Assembly (NCBI RefSeq): GCF_006345805.1
Contig: NC_043007.1
Coordinates: 38,378,001 to 38,442,000, forward strand
DNA length: 64,000 bases
Reading direction: 5' to 3'
DNA from: Octopus sinensis
Taxonomy: Eukaryota
Both the position numbers and the translations under genes were made by a program. Under the pieces are notes generated by a model that searched no databases, was not told the origin of the DNA, and worked only from the letters and a program-made list of their open reading frames with translations. The number at the start of each line of letters is the position of its first letter. Position 1 is the stretch's first letter. Shown here in pieces: positions 1 through 11,650 of the stretch.

Positions 1-2436
1 ACACTTCTGTTTCCTCTGTCTCCCCTCACTTCTACTACCTCAAAGATGCACCCTGAAACCTCAATATCACTATTTCTATCTTTCCCTGCTTCACTTCCAC
101 CCTCTCTTCTAAAATGTGAGGAGCCATGCAGCTCTTCTACAGTGAGAAACCTGTTTGCCACCGGCCCCTTTTCTCATATCTTAACCCCTCATCTCCTAGC
201 ATAAAGCCATCTTCCTAAGAGTTCATAGTCTCAAAAACTGCATGGCAACATCATTAGTGCTGGTGGCACAAAAATGCATCCAATACACAGCATAGAGTGG
301 TTGGCATTAGGAAAAGCATGTGAAAGGGGACACTACAGTATCATGCAGTACTTGGATCAATCAGATCCTGCCAAACCATTCAACCCATGCCTGCATGGAA
401 TATGGACATTAAATGATGATCATAATGGTCATAACTGCTTTTTTTTCAATATTTCTTAAAAGGAAAAAAATATTTAAAAAATTCTTTTCACCTTTTCTTG
501 TCTTGTTCTTAATTGCTTTTAACTTCTCTTAACGTCCCTTAATTTATTAAGTTACAGTACTTCATCCATCTCCCTTACCTCTCCTACTAATGGTATTACT
601 CTGTTGTCTTTCTAGAATGATTATTATTTGGTAAAAAAATAAGGCAAAAACCAAGCCAATGTTGCAATTTTCAATGATACGTGTATGCATACAACTACAA
701 TTGCTTCTAACAGACACAAAATTAAAAATTCAAGAGTGGAAAACAGTCACTTAAATCAACAAAAATAATTTATTTCTAACAAAGGCACAGGGTCTGAAAT
801 GTAGGGGAAGCAGGTAACTCTATTGATATCAACCCCTGTACTTGTACTTTATTTTATGAAGTACTGAGCTGGAAATGATTTCTTACAGAAGGTCACTAAT
901 TTCTGGATGGGAGGGAGAAATCAAAAGTTAAGTCGGTATCTGTAGTATTTGACCTCAGAACATGGAGGAGTGAGAGAAAACACTGACAAACATTTTTCCT
1001 TTAATACTATCATATCCACTGCCCACATTATTAGTCATTCTAATACTATGCATAATGTGCCTACATTTGCATAAATGAAAATTACAAACCAATGAAGAAG
1101 CCTCTACATAGCTACCAAACCTGCTAAAAATAGCAACCAAATTTCCATTCAGCCACACTATCACCTTGTAAACAACATATTTTATAATGTAGACTGGGTT
1201 ACATTATTACTAAATGTTTTTAATGCTGTTGATAAATGGAAAAAACAAAATAGAGGGGAAAGCAGTAGAAGAGCTGATTTGAGTCACAGGGCATTATACT
1301 ATCGCACGAGGAGGCTTATGTCCAAGAAACTTATCGAGGATCAACATAAGGGAGGATTACAGTTGATTTGTTTCCAATATGAATACTAAACAGCAGCTAT
1401 TGATCAAATCAATTAATCCTTGAGTGAAGGTAAATAAAGTATGTATTTAGAAATAATGATCAATACTGATGAATCAGTGAACTGCTATGGATGTCGTCAG
1501 AACTCTTATTCCATTCCACGTTTTCTTTCCCCAACCAGATAGCAAAAAATAAATAAACGAAGTCACTGAAATCAATGCTGGAAATCAATAATGAATTACA
1601 TTTTTTTTCTTCTTTTTCCTTAATGAAATTATGGATAGAAATAGAATCTCACTGAAACTATAGAAAGAAAATAAGATACGAATACAATGTTCTATGTTAC
1701 AACATATGAAACCATACTCTGCCACTCCACACCACTATAGCGAATGCAAGCTAACGAGGAGGTGGGAGACTGTAGGTAGTTGCTCAACCTGCTAGAAACA
1801 GCAGCTATATTCCATACCATCATACAGCAGCCAAATCTCAACCTCCCACTAACCTTTGCAAAAAGATGAAAGGACACATTGAATAGTATAGTCTTAGATA
1901 CATTATGTCTCAAAATAAATAAAAATCAGATGGGATTGTTATGGCTAGAGTGCCTTTGAACATAGGTTTGCTTCATCATGTGTTTTGCGTTTCACTGTTT
2001 TCTCAAATGGTAGTGGAGTTGTCTTCTCTGTAATTTAGCAGTTCAGCAAAAGGAGACTGATAAAACAAATACCAGATTTAAAATAAGTAATGGGATCAAT
2101 GACTGACTAAACTCTAAGTGGTACCTTGAAGCAGTGCAACTTGCCTGCAGTCCTATGACACAAACAAGTAAAAGAATAAAGAAAAAACAACACACATAAA
2201 TACATATACAGTCAAAATGTGAGAGCTAAAAATGCCTGGTATAGAAAGCACATAGTGCTCGAATGATTCTAAGTCCACAGGATAAAGACTGGGCATAAGA
2301 AAAGTCCAGGTGAGCTGATATGGGGATAGTGATGCAGATAAACATGATTAGGCTTTATACATACATATATATATATAATTAAATATATTCAGAAGATAAA
2401 CACACATATACAAGTATATATATATCTTATATTTTT

Positions 2437-2660
2437 TTACTTGTTTTAGTCATTTGACTGCAGCCATGCTGGAGCCACAGCCTTTAGTTGAGCAAATTGA
2501 CCCCAGGACTTATTCTTTGTAAGCCTAGTATTTATTCTAACAGTCTCTTTTGCCAAACTGCTAAGTTATGGGGATGTAAACACACCAGCATCCGTTGTCA
2601 AGCAATAGTGGGGGGGGGGACAAACACAAAAACACACACACACACACACATACATATATA
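2437..2660 (-). mobile_element. SINE family A, 3' half
   Basis: TTACTTGTTTTAGTCATTTGACTGCAGCCATGCTGGAG...GACAAACACA matches 41678-41880. Confidence 0.8.
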
Positions 2661-2666
2661 CATATA

Positions 2667-3061
2667 CTAGCAGTATCGCCCGGCGTTGCTCGGGTTTGTA
2701 AGGGAAATAATTATATAAGCATTTTTAGAGATGTAAAGTATAATAGCCATCTCAATATGGCTAACCACAAAGGGGGAGGGGTGTTACTGTAGCTTTTTAC
2801 GTTCTGAGATTTAATAATAAATTTTAGAGAGTTACTTCCCTTATATATGTCAAAAATGGATTAAAAATGAGGAAAATTGATGGTAAATTTTTTTTAAAAT
2901 CGTAGACTCATTGTAGACGCGCGCTAATACCCAGACGGTCTCGATATGAATCACGACTATAAGATACCCGGTTTTGGTTAAACTGCACCGCAAAATGTGG
3001 GAGTAGTTAGGAATCTAAATCGTAGGAGACAGACACACAACCTCACTTTTATATATAAAGA
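2667..3061 (-). mobile_element. Non-autonomous Helitron (395 bp)
   Basis: On the minus strand: A|TCTTTATATATAAAAG...CCCGAGCAACGCCGGG hairpin...CTAG|T, i.e. 5' TC, 3' CTAG with a GC-rich sub-terminal hairpin, inserted between A and T with no TSD. Confidence 0.8.
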
Positions 3062-3136
3062 TTTCCTCTATTTACATAATATTGAGGTCTCTTTCTTTCT
3101 TTTGTTATCTTACTGTTTTTACCAATATACATATAT

Positions 3137-3182
<46 letters not shown>

Positions 3183-3238
3183 TATATATAGTTACAGAGA
3201 TGTACTTGATCTGAGATCGTGTGCTGGAACGAAAACAG

Positions 3239-3497
3239 TTGCAGCGTTGAAGGTGTTTATAAGCCATTTAAGAAACACACAAAAACTGTTAGATTCACTT
3301 CAACATTTAAATTTAATTTGTCAAAATATTTTCGTCGCTTTGAGACCGCGACCTGTTAGCACAATATTTTTGTCAGTGAACAGGTCGCGGTCTCAAAGCG
3401 AGGAAAATATTTTGGCAAATTAAATTTAAATGTTGAAGTGAATCTAACGGTTTTTGTGTGTTTCTTAAATGGCTTACAAACACCTTCCACGCTGCAA
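3239..3497. repeat. Fold-back palindrome, 119-bp arms with a 21-nt spacer, probably Penelope-derived
   Basis: Arms 3239-3357 and 3379-3497 are reverse complements with 5 mismatches counted by eye. Confidence 0.92.
3369..3419 (+). ncRNA. Candidate minimal type I hammerhead ribozyme with a G3-C8 core variant
   Basis: TTTGTCA-GTGAACA-G-GTCGC(GGTCTCAAA)GCGAG-GAAA-ATAT-T-T-TGGCAAA; stem I has 7 pairs, stem III is palindromic (AATATT). The mirror arm has GCGAC, which closes stem II fully. Confidence 0.5.
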
Positions 3498-3858
3498 TAT
3501 ATATACACACACATATATATATATGTATGTATGTATGTATGTGTGTATATGTGTATGCATGTATGTGTGTGTGTGTGTCTGTGCTTGTGATTGTCCTCCA
3601 CCACTGCTTGACAACGAATGTTGGTTTGTTTACATCCCTGTCACCTAGTGGTTTGACAAAGGAAACAGATAGAATAAGTACAATGCTTACAAAAATAAAA
3701 CTGGAGTTGATTCATTAAACTACAATTCTTCAAGGCATTGCCCCAGCATGGCCACAGACCAATGGCTGGAAAAAGCAGAAGAATAAAAGAATACATTCTC
3801 TGCTTTGGTCTTATGTTCAAGGCATGAGAAAGCTTGAGTTTACATGAGAAGGCCTAAC

Positions 3859-4140
3859 AGACCTGGTAGAAACAGCAGCCAAATCTCCCTCAAATCACAC
3901 CTTACTGTCTTATGTATGTATATATATATATATGAGCCAATGAGGGGGACCTCTACATGGTAGCTAGACCTGGTAGAAATAGCAGCCAAATTTCCCCCAA
4001 ATCACACCTTACTGTCTTATCTATGTATATATGTATGTATGAGCCTATGAGGGAGACCCCTACATGGCAGCTAGACATGGTAGAAATAGCAGCCAAATCT
4101 CCCTCAAATCACACCTTACTGTCTTATGTATGTATATATC
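3859..4140. repeat. Tandem array, about 2.6 x 107 bp
   Basis: AGAC(C/A)TGGTAGAAA(C/T)AGCAGCCAAAT...CACACCTTACTGTCTTAT units start at 3859, 3966 and 4073. Confidence 0.85.
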
Positions 4141-4582
4141 TCTTATTATATATATATATACAAGCCACTACGGTTATTTAATGTAAAGTCTTCCTCAAAT
4201 CACACTCGCTATTTACTCTCTTCCAAGAACATTTTCACTCACTCTTATCTCTTAGCTTGCCATACATTTTACTCATGTATCTATCAGCGTGATAGACAGA
4301 AACAAATATTACATCGCCATCGCATTCTATTGTCTACCTGTCAACACACACACAGTGAATTACTTTCATTTTATTTGTTGCACACTGTGTGTGTGCGTGT
4401 GCATGTGGTGTAAACCACATTAAGAAAAGCATTTGACATACACACCAGAATGTGAATTTTCTGTAAATTTTGCTTAATTGGAGTTTAAATTTTAAAAACT
4501 GGACCTGGCATGACTCGATGCATTCTACTCTTAAAAATGCTAGGTAAATTGTAATTGAAGAAATCCTATATTGTAGATTTCT

Positions 4583-4676
4583 ATAACTGGCAAAGGGAGG
4601 CAGATAAAATCTGCCTTTTATAATAAGAGATAACTGACAAAGGGAGGCAGATAAAATCTGCCTTTTATAATAAGAG
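4583..4676. repeat. Direct repeat, 2 x 47 bp, each with an 8-bp hairpin
   Basis: ATAACTG(G/A)CAAAGGGAGGCAGATAAAATCTGCCTTTTATAATAAGAG twice; hairpin AGGCAGAT-AAA-ATCTGCCT. Confidence 0.9.
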
Positions 4677-4685
4677 ATAGATGAT

Positions 4686-4834
4686 GGGTTTCTTTCAGTT
4701 TCCATCTACCAAATCCACTCACAAGGCTTTGGATGGCCCGAGGCTATATTAGAAGGCACTTGCCCAAGGCGCTACACAGTGGGACTGAACCCAGAACCAT
4801 GTGGTTGGTAAGCAAGCTACTTACCACACAGCCA
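4686..4834 (-). mobile_element. SINE family A, 5' half (tRNA head)
   Basis: TTTCAGTTTCCATCTACCAAATCCACTCACAAGG...TTACCACACAGCC matches 41900-42045. Confidence 0.8.
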
Positions 4835-5371
4835 TTGAACATAAAAAATACAGACTACTAAGGAGAGAAGGCATTGTTTTTGAATATATAGATATATATA
4901 CTCATTCACACATGCATATCTCTCTCCCTGTATGTGTGCGTGCGTGTGTGTGTCTGTGTATATGTATGTATGTATGTATATAGTATATATAGTAGGAATT
5001 TACAAAAAACAAAAGATGGAGACAGGTGTGTAAACATCAAACAGGTGTATTAGTTTAATGCTTGGGAAGGTGAGAAAGTATTTTACGTTTCAAGCCTACG
5101 CTCTTCAACAGAAAGGAACATGAGAAAATAAAGAGAGAGAGAATAAAAATATATAGTCAATTCATATAAACAGACAATTCAAATAAATGGATAAAAAAAA
5201 GTAAAAAGAAAAACAATGAATGTGAGGATGTGGAAAAGAAGTACATTAGTTTGACATTCAATAAGTTTAACATTTCGAGCATAGCTCTTAGAAAGAAGAA
5301 AGGGGAAAGTCCCAGGAAGGAGGAGAAGAACAAATTGCCAACAGACCATGTGTTGTTACATTTTTGAGATA

Positions 5372-5766
5372 TCTTTATATATAAAAGTCAAGTTGTGTGT
5401 CTGTCTCCAACGATTTAGATTCCTAACTACTCCCACATTTTGCGGTGCAGTTTAACCAAAACCGGGTATCTTATAGTCGTGATTCATATCGAGCCTTTCT
5501 GGGTATTAGCGCGCGTCTACGATGAGTCTACGATTTAAAAAAAAATTTACCATCATTTTTTTCCATTTTAATGCATTTTTCGCTATTATATAAGGGAAGT
5601 AACTCTCTAAAAATGTCTACGATGAGTCAACGATTTAAAAAAAATTTACCATCATTTTTTTCCCATTTTTAATGCATTTTTTGCTATTTTTTGGCTATAA
5701 CTCTCTAAAAATGCTTATATAGTTATTTCCCTTACAAACCCGAGCAACGCCGGGCAATACTGCTAG
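5372..5766 (+). mobile_element. Non-autonomous Helitron (395 bp), same family as 2667-3061
   Basis: A|TCTTTATATATAAAAG...CCCGAGCAACGCCGGGCAATACTGCTAG|T; internal tandem sub-repeat at about 5515-5715. Confidence 0.8.
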
Positions 5767-7822
5767 TATATATATATATAGTAATGTGAGTAAGATTTAT
5801 ACAAATATATATTTATATTTTACAAAGAGGTAGTATTATCTGATAAAAAACTTAATATGTTTGAGAGAGTGGATAGGTATGTTTAGATCAGAAGTTGACA
5901 GTCTACTCATTGTCTCATTGGGAAATTAGAGATGAAACTTGGAGTAAATTACCATATCTTTATGCACATATGTACATATATGTACATCTGTGTGTGTGTA
6001 TATATATATATATATATGTTTGTATGAGTATATGTTTGTGTGTGTATGTATATAAACTATATGTAATATGTATATAATCTACCTATACATATATATATAT
6101 ATATGCACACATACAAACACACACACATACATATATTGTTTGTTTGTATTCCACCTGCCTTCGTCTTTTGTTTATTTTCATAAAGCTTCCCGTTATATAT
6201 GTGTATATATACATATATTTATATAAAATTTTGTCTAATGATGTAATATAATACATATTATTATAAGGGCTTGGTTTGGTTTACTAAGTTACATCACATG
6301 TTTTGCTTGTTCACTCACTTTTTCTAATACATATATATATATGTATATGGTATTTATGTATATCATCATTATTTACTGTCCATGTTCCATGTTGGCATGG
6401 GTTGGGTGATTTGAGAGAATTTGATGGGTCTAGAGGATTGCATAATGCTCCAGTGTCTGCTTTAGCATGGTTTCTAGAGCTAGTTGCCTTTCCTACTGAC
6501 AACTTTACACTGTGTACCGGGTTCTTTTTTTTTATGATACCAGCACAAGTGAGGTCACCATGCAGTTTGCAAGACCATGAATCTCAAGAGGGTAGCTTTA
6601 TATTAGGAAATTAGGGTTTAAAGTATGAGGGAAGGGAGCAGAGTACAACAGGTTTCTTGCTGTAGTGTAGAAGAGAGAATGGGAACAACTGGGTGGTGAC
6701 GATGTATCTGAATAAACCCTGAACATATGAGATGAGTAGAAGGATGGTCTCCATCTATCCATATTATTGTTGCTGTTTTCAAAATGTTGGCAATTTACTG
6801 TTTGTCCTGATTTTTACAGTCATGTGATGTGCCTGATTATTTTAACATGACTTTGCAAGGAAACATATTAGGTGAAATGATTACATTTTTCACTGTACAG
6901 CAAAAAACAAATAAGTTGATTTCTAGTTTCAGATGCTACAGGTCAAACATATCTTTATGTAGGGTGGATATAATTATTGTCCTGCTTTATATCAATGACA
7001 GCCCTGTCTTAATAAAGGTCTAGTAAAAGAGAGGAAACACATCCGCCAATGAATAATGAATCATCATCACTTGTCAGCTATTTGCTGTGTGCATGAGCAC
7101 AGCACACAATTTTTTTTCCACATTTCTGTACTATTTATATTAGTGTCTGTGCATTTCTGACTCTGTGTGTGTGTGTGTGTGTGTGAGTGTGTGCATGTGT
7201 GCATGTGCACATGCTTGTGTGTGCATATGCACATGCATGTAGCATAATCCAATGCATTACCCCCTTTTTTTTTAAATGCAGTACATTAGTGTTCCTGTGA
7301 TATTGTATATAGTGAGACACTAAGAAGCAACTAAATCAAGCACAAAACTTCAAATATTGAGTACTCTTTAACCATTTGCACATGAGTTTGTGTGAGTTCA
7401 TAGTAGGGAGGGCCAATGCAATAAAGCTTTTTTTTTTCTAGTTACACATATACAAACACACACAGATATATATGGGGAACAGCTTATCTTATAGGCATGT
7501 TATATTGAAGACATGCCTATGTTCATGTTTTTTTTTTTAACAATGTTTCCTGCAAGTTCACTTGGAACAATGCGTTGCTACCTCTTTAATGTAGGCTCCC
7601 AGCAACTATAAAGAGGCAGCAATACACACCAATAGTACTCCATTCTGAATATGAACTTCTGATGGTCTTGAAACCATGATGAATTTAAGAACTTTACTGT
7701 TCCAAACAAACTGTAAGGAACTCATATGAAAATATGAAAAGGCTGTCATAAAAAAAAGATCCATGTAGAACACAGTTGCATTTTTCTACACAATATATCT
7801 AGTTTGAGTTAGATATGACTTC

Positions 7823-8050
7823 TTAACCCATTAGTGTTCCAATTTCCTTTGTCAGATGTAATACCTATTTATTCACATTGCTTTGAATTAATCCTGCATA
7901 CTTTGAAGCTTCGAGATTTTGATAATGTGATTGCTTATTTTTAGAATGACATTGTAGGGTAGATGTGAGAAGTCAGATCTAGCTAATTCAAATATAAAAC
8001 ACGTAGAATATTTGGGCTGGATATGTCCAGTCTAAATGCTAAAGGGTTAA
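7823..8050. mobile_element. piggyBac-like MITE
   Basis: TTAA|CCCATTAGTGTT...AATGCTAAAGGG|TTAA; the interior is the reverse complement of 42919-43141. Confidence 0.75.
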
Positions 8051-8182
8051 GACTATTCAATGGGTGGCTCTTTTCCTGACACCAAGTCTAGCTCATTATT
8101 AGTGGGATTTGAACCCAGATGAGCATAACTAATTACTGTAAAAATTTGCATTTGAAGCTCTAGCATTATCTATCTATATATC

Positions 8183-8230
<48 letters not shown>

Positions 8231-8250
8231 TTCATACATGCATACATACA

Positions 8251-8880
8251 CAGGGTGCGGTGAATATATTGTCGTCTAAGTTACACAAAAATGAAAATAG
8301 CACAGGTATATTTACCAAAATTATATAAAAATAACTTGAAATACTAATGAATAAATTTATTCCATAAAATCAGCATTCGCTTCAACCACAGCCTCCAGAT
8401 GACTTCAGAATCTCTTGCAACTCTTCTGGACAGTCTCCTTGTTTTAGTTGGTGAATGCTGCCATAATCCTTGCCTTCAGTTCATCTTTGGTTTTACAAAG
8501 AGTTTTGTTGGTCTCTTGCTCAACTGCGCCCCACACATAATAATCAAGGGGGTTGCAGTCTGGGGAGTTAGGTGGCCAGATGTTAAGGGGTGATGTGGTC
8601 ACAGAAATTGTCTGACAGCCATAACTGGATTCTCCTGCTTGTGTGGCATGGTGCAGAGCTCTATTGCCAGACACAAGATCTTCCAGCAGCCACCCTCTTC
8701 ATGCAGATTAGCACTACCTCCTCCAGGCACTTGATGTAGGCCTTTTTGATGAGTCAGAGGTCATGTAGGAAGATGAATGAAGGCATAAATGTTGCAATCA
8801 CTAGTAATCACTCCAAACATCATGATGTTGACTGGATGTTTGATTTTTATCACTCTCAGCATATTTGGTTGGAGGGGATG
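8251..8880 (-). mobile_element. Decayed Tc1/mariner (maT/DD37D-like) element, 3' part
   Basis: TIR CAGGGTGCGGTGAATA at 8251; translation WPPNSPDCNPLDYYVWGAVEQETNKTLCKTKDELKARIMAAF; same family as 16460-17311. Confidence 0.8.
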
Positions 8881-9859
8881 CTTGAGTTTGTTCAAATGCT
8901 TCTAGCTTAGAACCCCAGCATAAGTATGTTTCTAAACAAGGCATAAACACTTACATGAACATGGTTTGATGAATCAGCATTGGCTGCTTTGTAAAAAATG
9001 ATTTGGTGAACTTCAAAGTGTGTGAGTCTTCCTACCAAATAGCCTGGTTGAACATTACAGAAACTCTGTTGGGGTTATAAAAAGCTGGAGAGCTGAACCC
9101 TAGGCAGAGCCATTTAGAAGTCTGCACGGAACCTTCTTGTTTTATTCTGTAAGATGATCGCTCACCCTCTGCTATGTTTCTTTACTAAGAAACTAAGTCA
9201 GCTTTGTGATATGGCATTCTCTCTACTTAATTTGTTGTCATTAGTTATTACTATTTAGCATATTATGCAGCACAAACTTAGACTTATTTCATTTGATATT
9301 TCTTGAATGCTGTTTTATTTATATATCAGTCGTATATAGGTAAATGCAAATGTTCCAGGTTAATAAAAATGAAAGAAACATACAAATATTAGTGCGGTCA
9401 TTATGAATGCAACATGCAAATCAACAATTGTGATTATTCTCAATACCAAAAAAGAAAGAAAGAAAAAAAAAGAACACATGAATAAAAACACATTAAATGG
9501 GTCAAAAAAAGGTAACAAATGTAACAAATGCTGCTGTGAATAATACTTTATACAACTAAGTATGTTTACATGCACAAAGTGAGGAAGAATTGTATATCTT
9601 CCATTTCAGTTATAAAGTAGATTAGTGATAAATTAGGAGACATATCACCAATGTTTACTTTTAGTAGTCAGCTTGCACAAAGATCTTTAAGCTATATAAA
9701 TTCTTTGTCTATCATAAAAACACTGCGAATTATCAGAGTAGTGAAAGGAATTCCAAATATGTTTTGTGGTTCACAAACTCAACAACTCCTTCATAGGATC
9801 CAATGGCTAAGGACATCATCTGGAGGAACCACGTCCGGTTTCAGCCCCTACTCCTCTAC

Positions 9860-10760
9860 CCTTTTCTGATGTGGCGGGGCACCCCTTTCAGAGGTGTCTT
9901 CAGCTCTGGTGTTGAGTGCGTTTTTTTGTTTTTTTTTCTTTTTGGTTGCATCATCTTCCATGCAGTGTCAACAAATGTCAGAGGGCAAATAACCACCCTG
10001 CCAAATTTCCTCTTAAATACTTGCAGGTAGGCTCCAGCAGCTAGTGCAAGCTGTCATGTGACACAGTCTAAGCTTCAACAGCCCGTGTAAGGGTGCATAG
10101 TTTTAGCCCGCGCCCTCTTTAGACCTACCTTCCAACAGAGTCATGTGAGTTTCAACTCCAGCAGCCACAGCTGACAAGCTGTCTGGTATACAAGCCTCTG
10201 AATTATAAGGGAGGAGGGTGCGCAATGAAAGAAATGATTTCCTCAGCCCACCTATCATTCCTCCTCTCCTTCTGTTGCTCCACATTAGCAGCTCTAGCAA
10301 AATTCCAATTTTTTGGTCTGTATTCCATAGGATCAAGTCCGGTCTTTTTGTTGTTTTTATGAGTGGACATATTAATAATCTTTCCAAATTCATGGCCAGC
10401 TCCCAGTATCTTTTCAAAGATTGATGTTATTGGTAGTTGCAGCATGGATTTTCCATATAGTGCAGTTGTATTCAGCGGTTTTGGAAGACCAAGCCATTTT
10501 CTGATAAACACATCACGTCTTTGTACCATCCTTCCTACTTTACTCAAGGCTATTTCGTACATTTGCAATGACCACATTATCCTTGGGTATAGTCCAAATT
10601 GCAGTATCCAGCATTTGAATTTCCCTGATAATGTCCTGTTATTTGCTTTAGTTCCTGTTCCACTAATTTGTCTGTTTCTTTGCCTTGCTTCTTATCATTT
10701 AATAAATCAAATCTTTGTACCATCTATCTATCTAGGTCGTCCCTCAGGACATCCCAAGAC
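9860..10760 (-). mobile_element. Decayed non-LTR retrotransposon of a restriction-like-endonuclease clade (R2/NeSL/HERO-like)
   Basis: Fragments MWSLQMYEI...FIRKWLGLPKPLNTTALYG..LQLPITS (post-RT region) and KRPDLILW...ILLEL (PD..E endonuclease motif); frameshifted. Confidence 0.7.
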
Positions 10761-10769
10761 TGTTTCCAC

Positions 10770-11650
10770 ACTTTTTCCCACTCATCGTGATCTCCCATAA
10801 TGGTCCTCAGCTCCTGTACCCCTTCCATACCAGTATCCTCCAGCAAGTTATCAATATACGTCATCTTCCTCCTTCCTCTCCTGTTTCTTCCTTCTGTTGG
10901 TTGCTAGACCAGTAACTTGTCAACAATTTCATCAGTATGGCTGATGCAGTGTCCAGTTAGCTTCATCCTTCTATGCTGTATCTTCAATGTTACTTTTGTT
11001 AGTTCCTGGTATAAGTTGGCATTTGTTGCATGACTCTTCTAGGAGACATTAAGTACCATTCTAAGCATCCTCGTATAACAACCATCCAACTGCTTCTTCA
11101 ATGCTTTAGTGAGCATCCATGTTTCAGCCCCATATAGAAGAACAGACTCTACTGTTGCCAGAAACAACCTCACTTTCAATTTCCTTGCTAACTTTGAACT
11201 CCATACCTTTCTCAATTTATGGCATGCGCTCCAGGCAAGAGCTTTCTTTGCCACAATGTCTTTTTCAGTACTTTGTGTCCACACACCAAGGTATTTGAAA
11301 TTTTCAACTACCTTGAGCAACTTACCGTCTCCCACTTTCACTGACACAGGCATTTCATGGTTAAATACTTGCAGCTCTGTTTTCTTTGCATTACAGTACA
11401 ATCCTACCTTCCCTGATTCCTGCTCTAATCTGCTCAGCACCTCCTGTGCCTGATCTGTCCTCTCTGTTAGTAATACCAGGTCGTCAACAAAGTCTAGGTC
11501 ACTTACTGTTACTGCCGGATGCCGTTTACTTCTTGGCCTATGCAGTTTGAATCTCAGTTCTTCCTCTGTGCCCTTGAACATTCTACACATTACATAGTCT
11601 AGGATGATGGCAAAGAGATAGGGTGCTAGTGTGTTGCCTTCTCTTTCTTC
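10770..11650 (-). mobile_element. Decayed RTE-clade LINE reverse transcriptase fragment
   Basis: GNTLAPYLFAIILDYVM, VSDLDFVDDLVLL, VENFKYLG, ATVESVLLYGAETW, LDGCYTRMLRMVLNVS. Confidence 0.85.

Noticed and set aside
3082-3718. ORFs rich in IYIY/HTHT/CVCV (also near 19258-19627, 54700-55038 and elsewhere)
   Set aside because: These are translations of TA/CA microsatellites with no protein signature.
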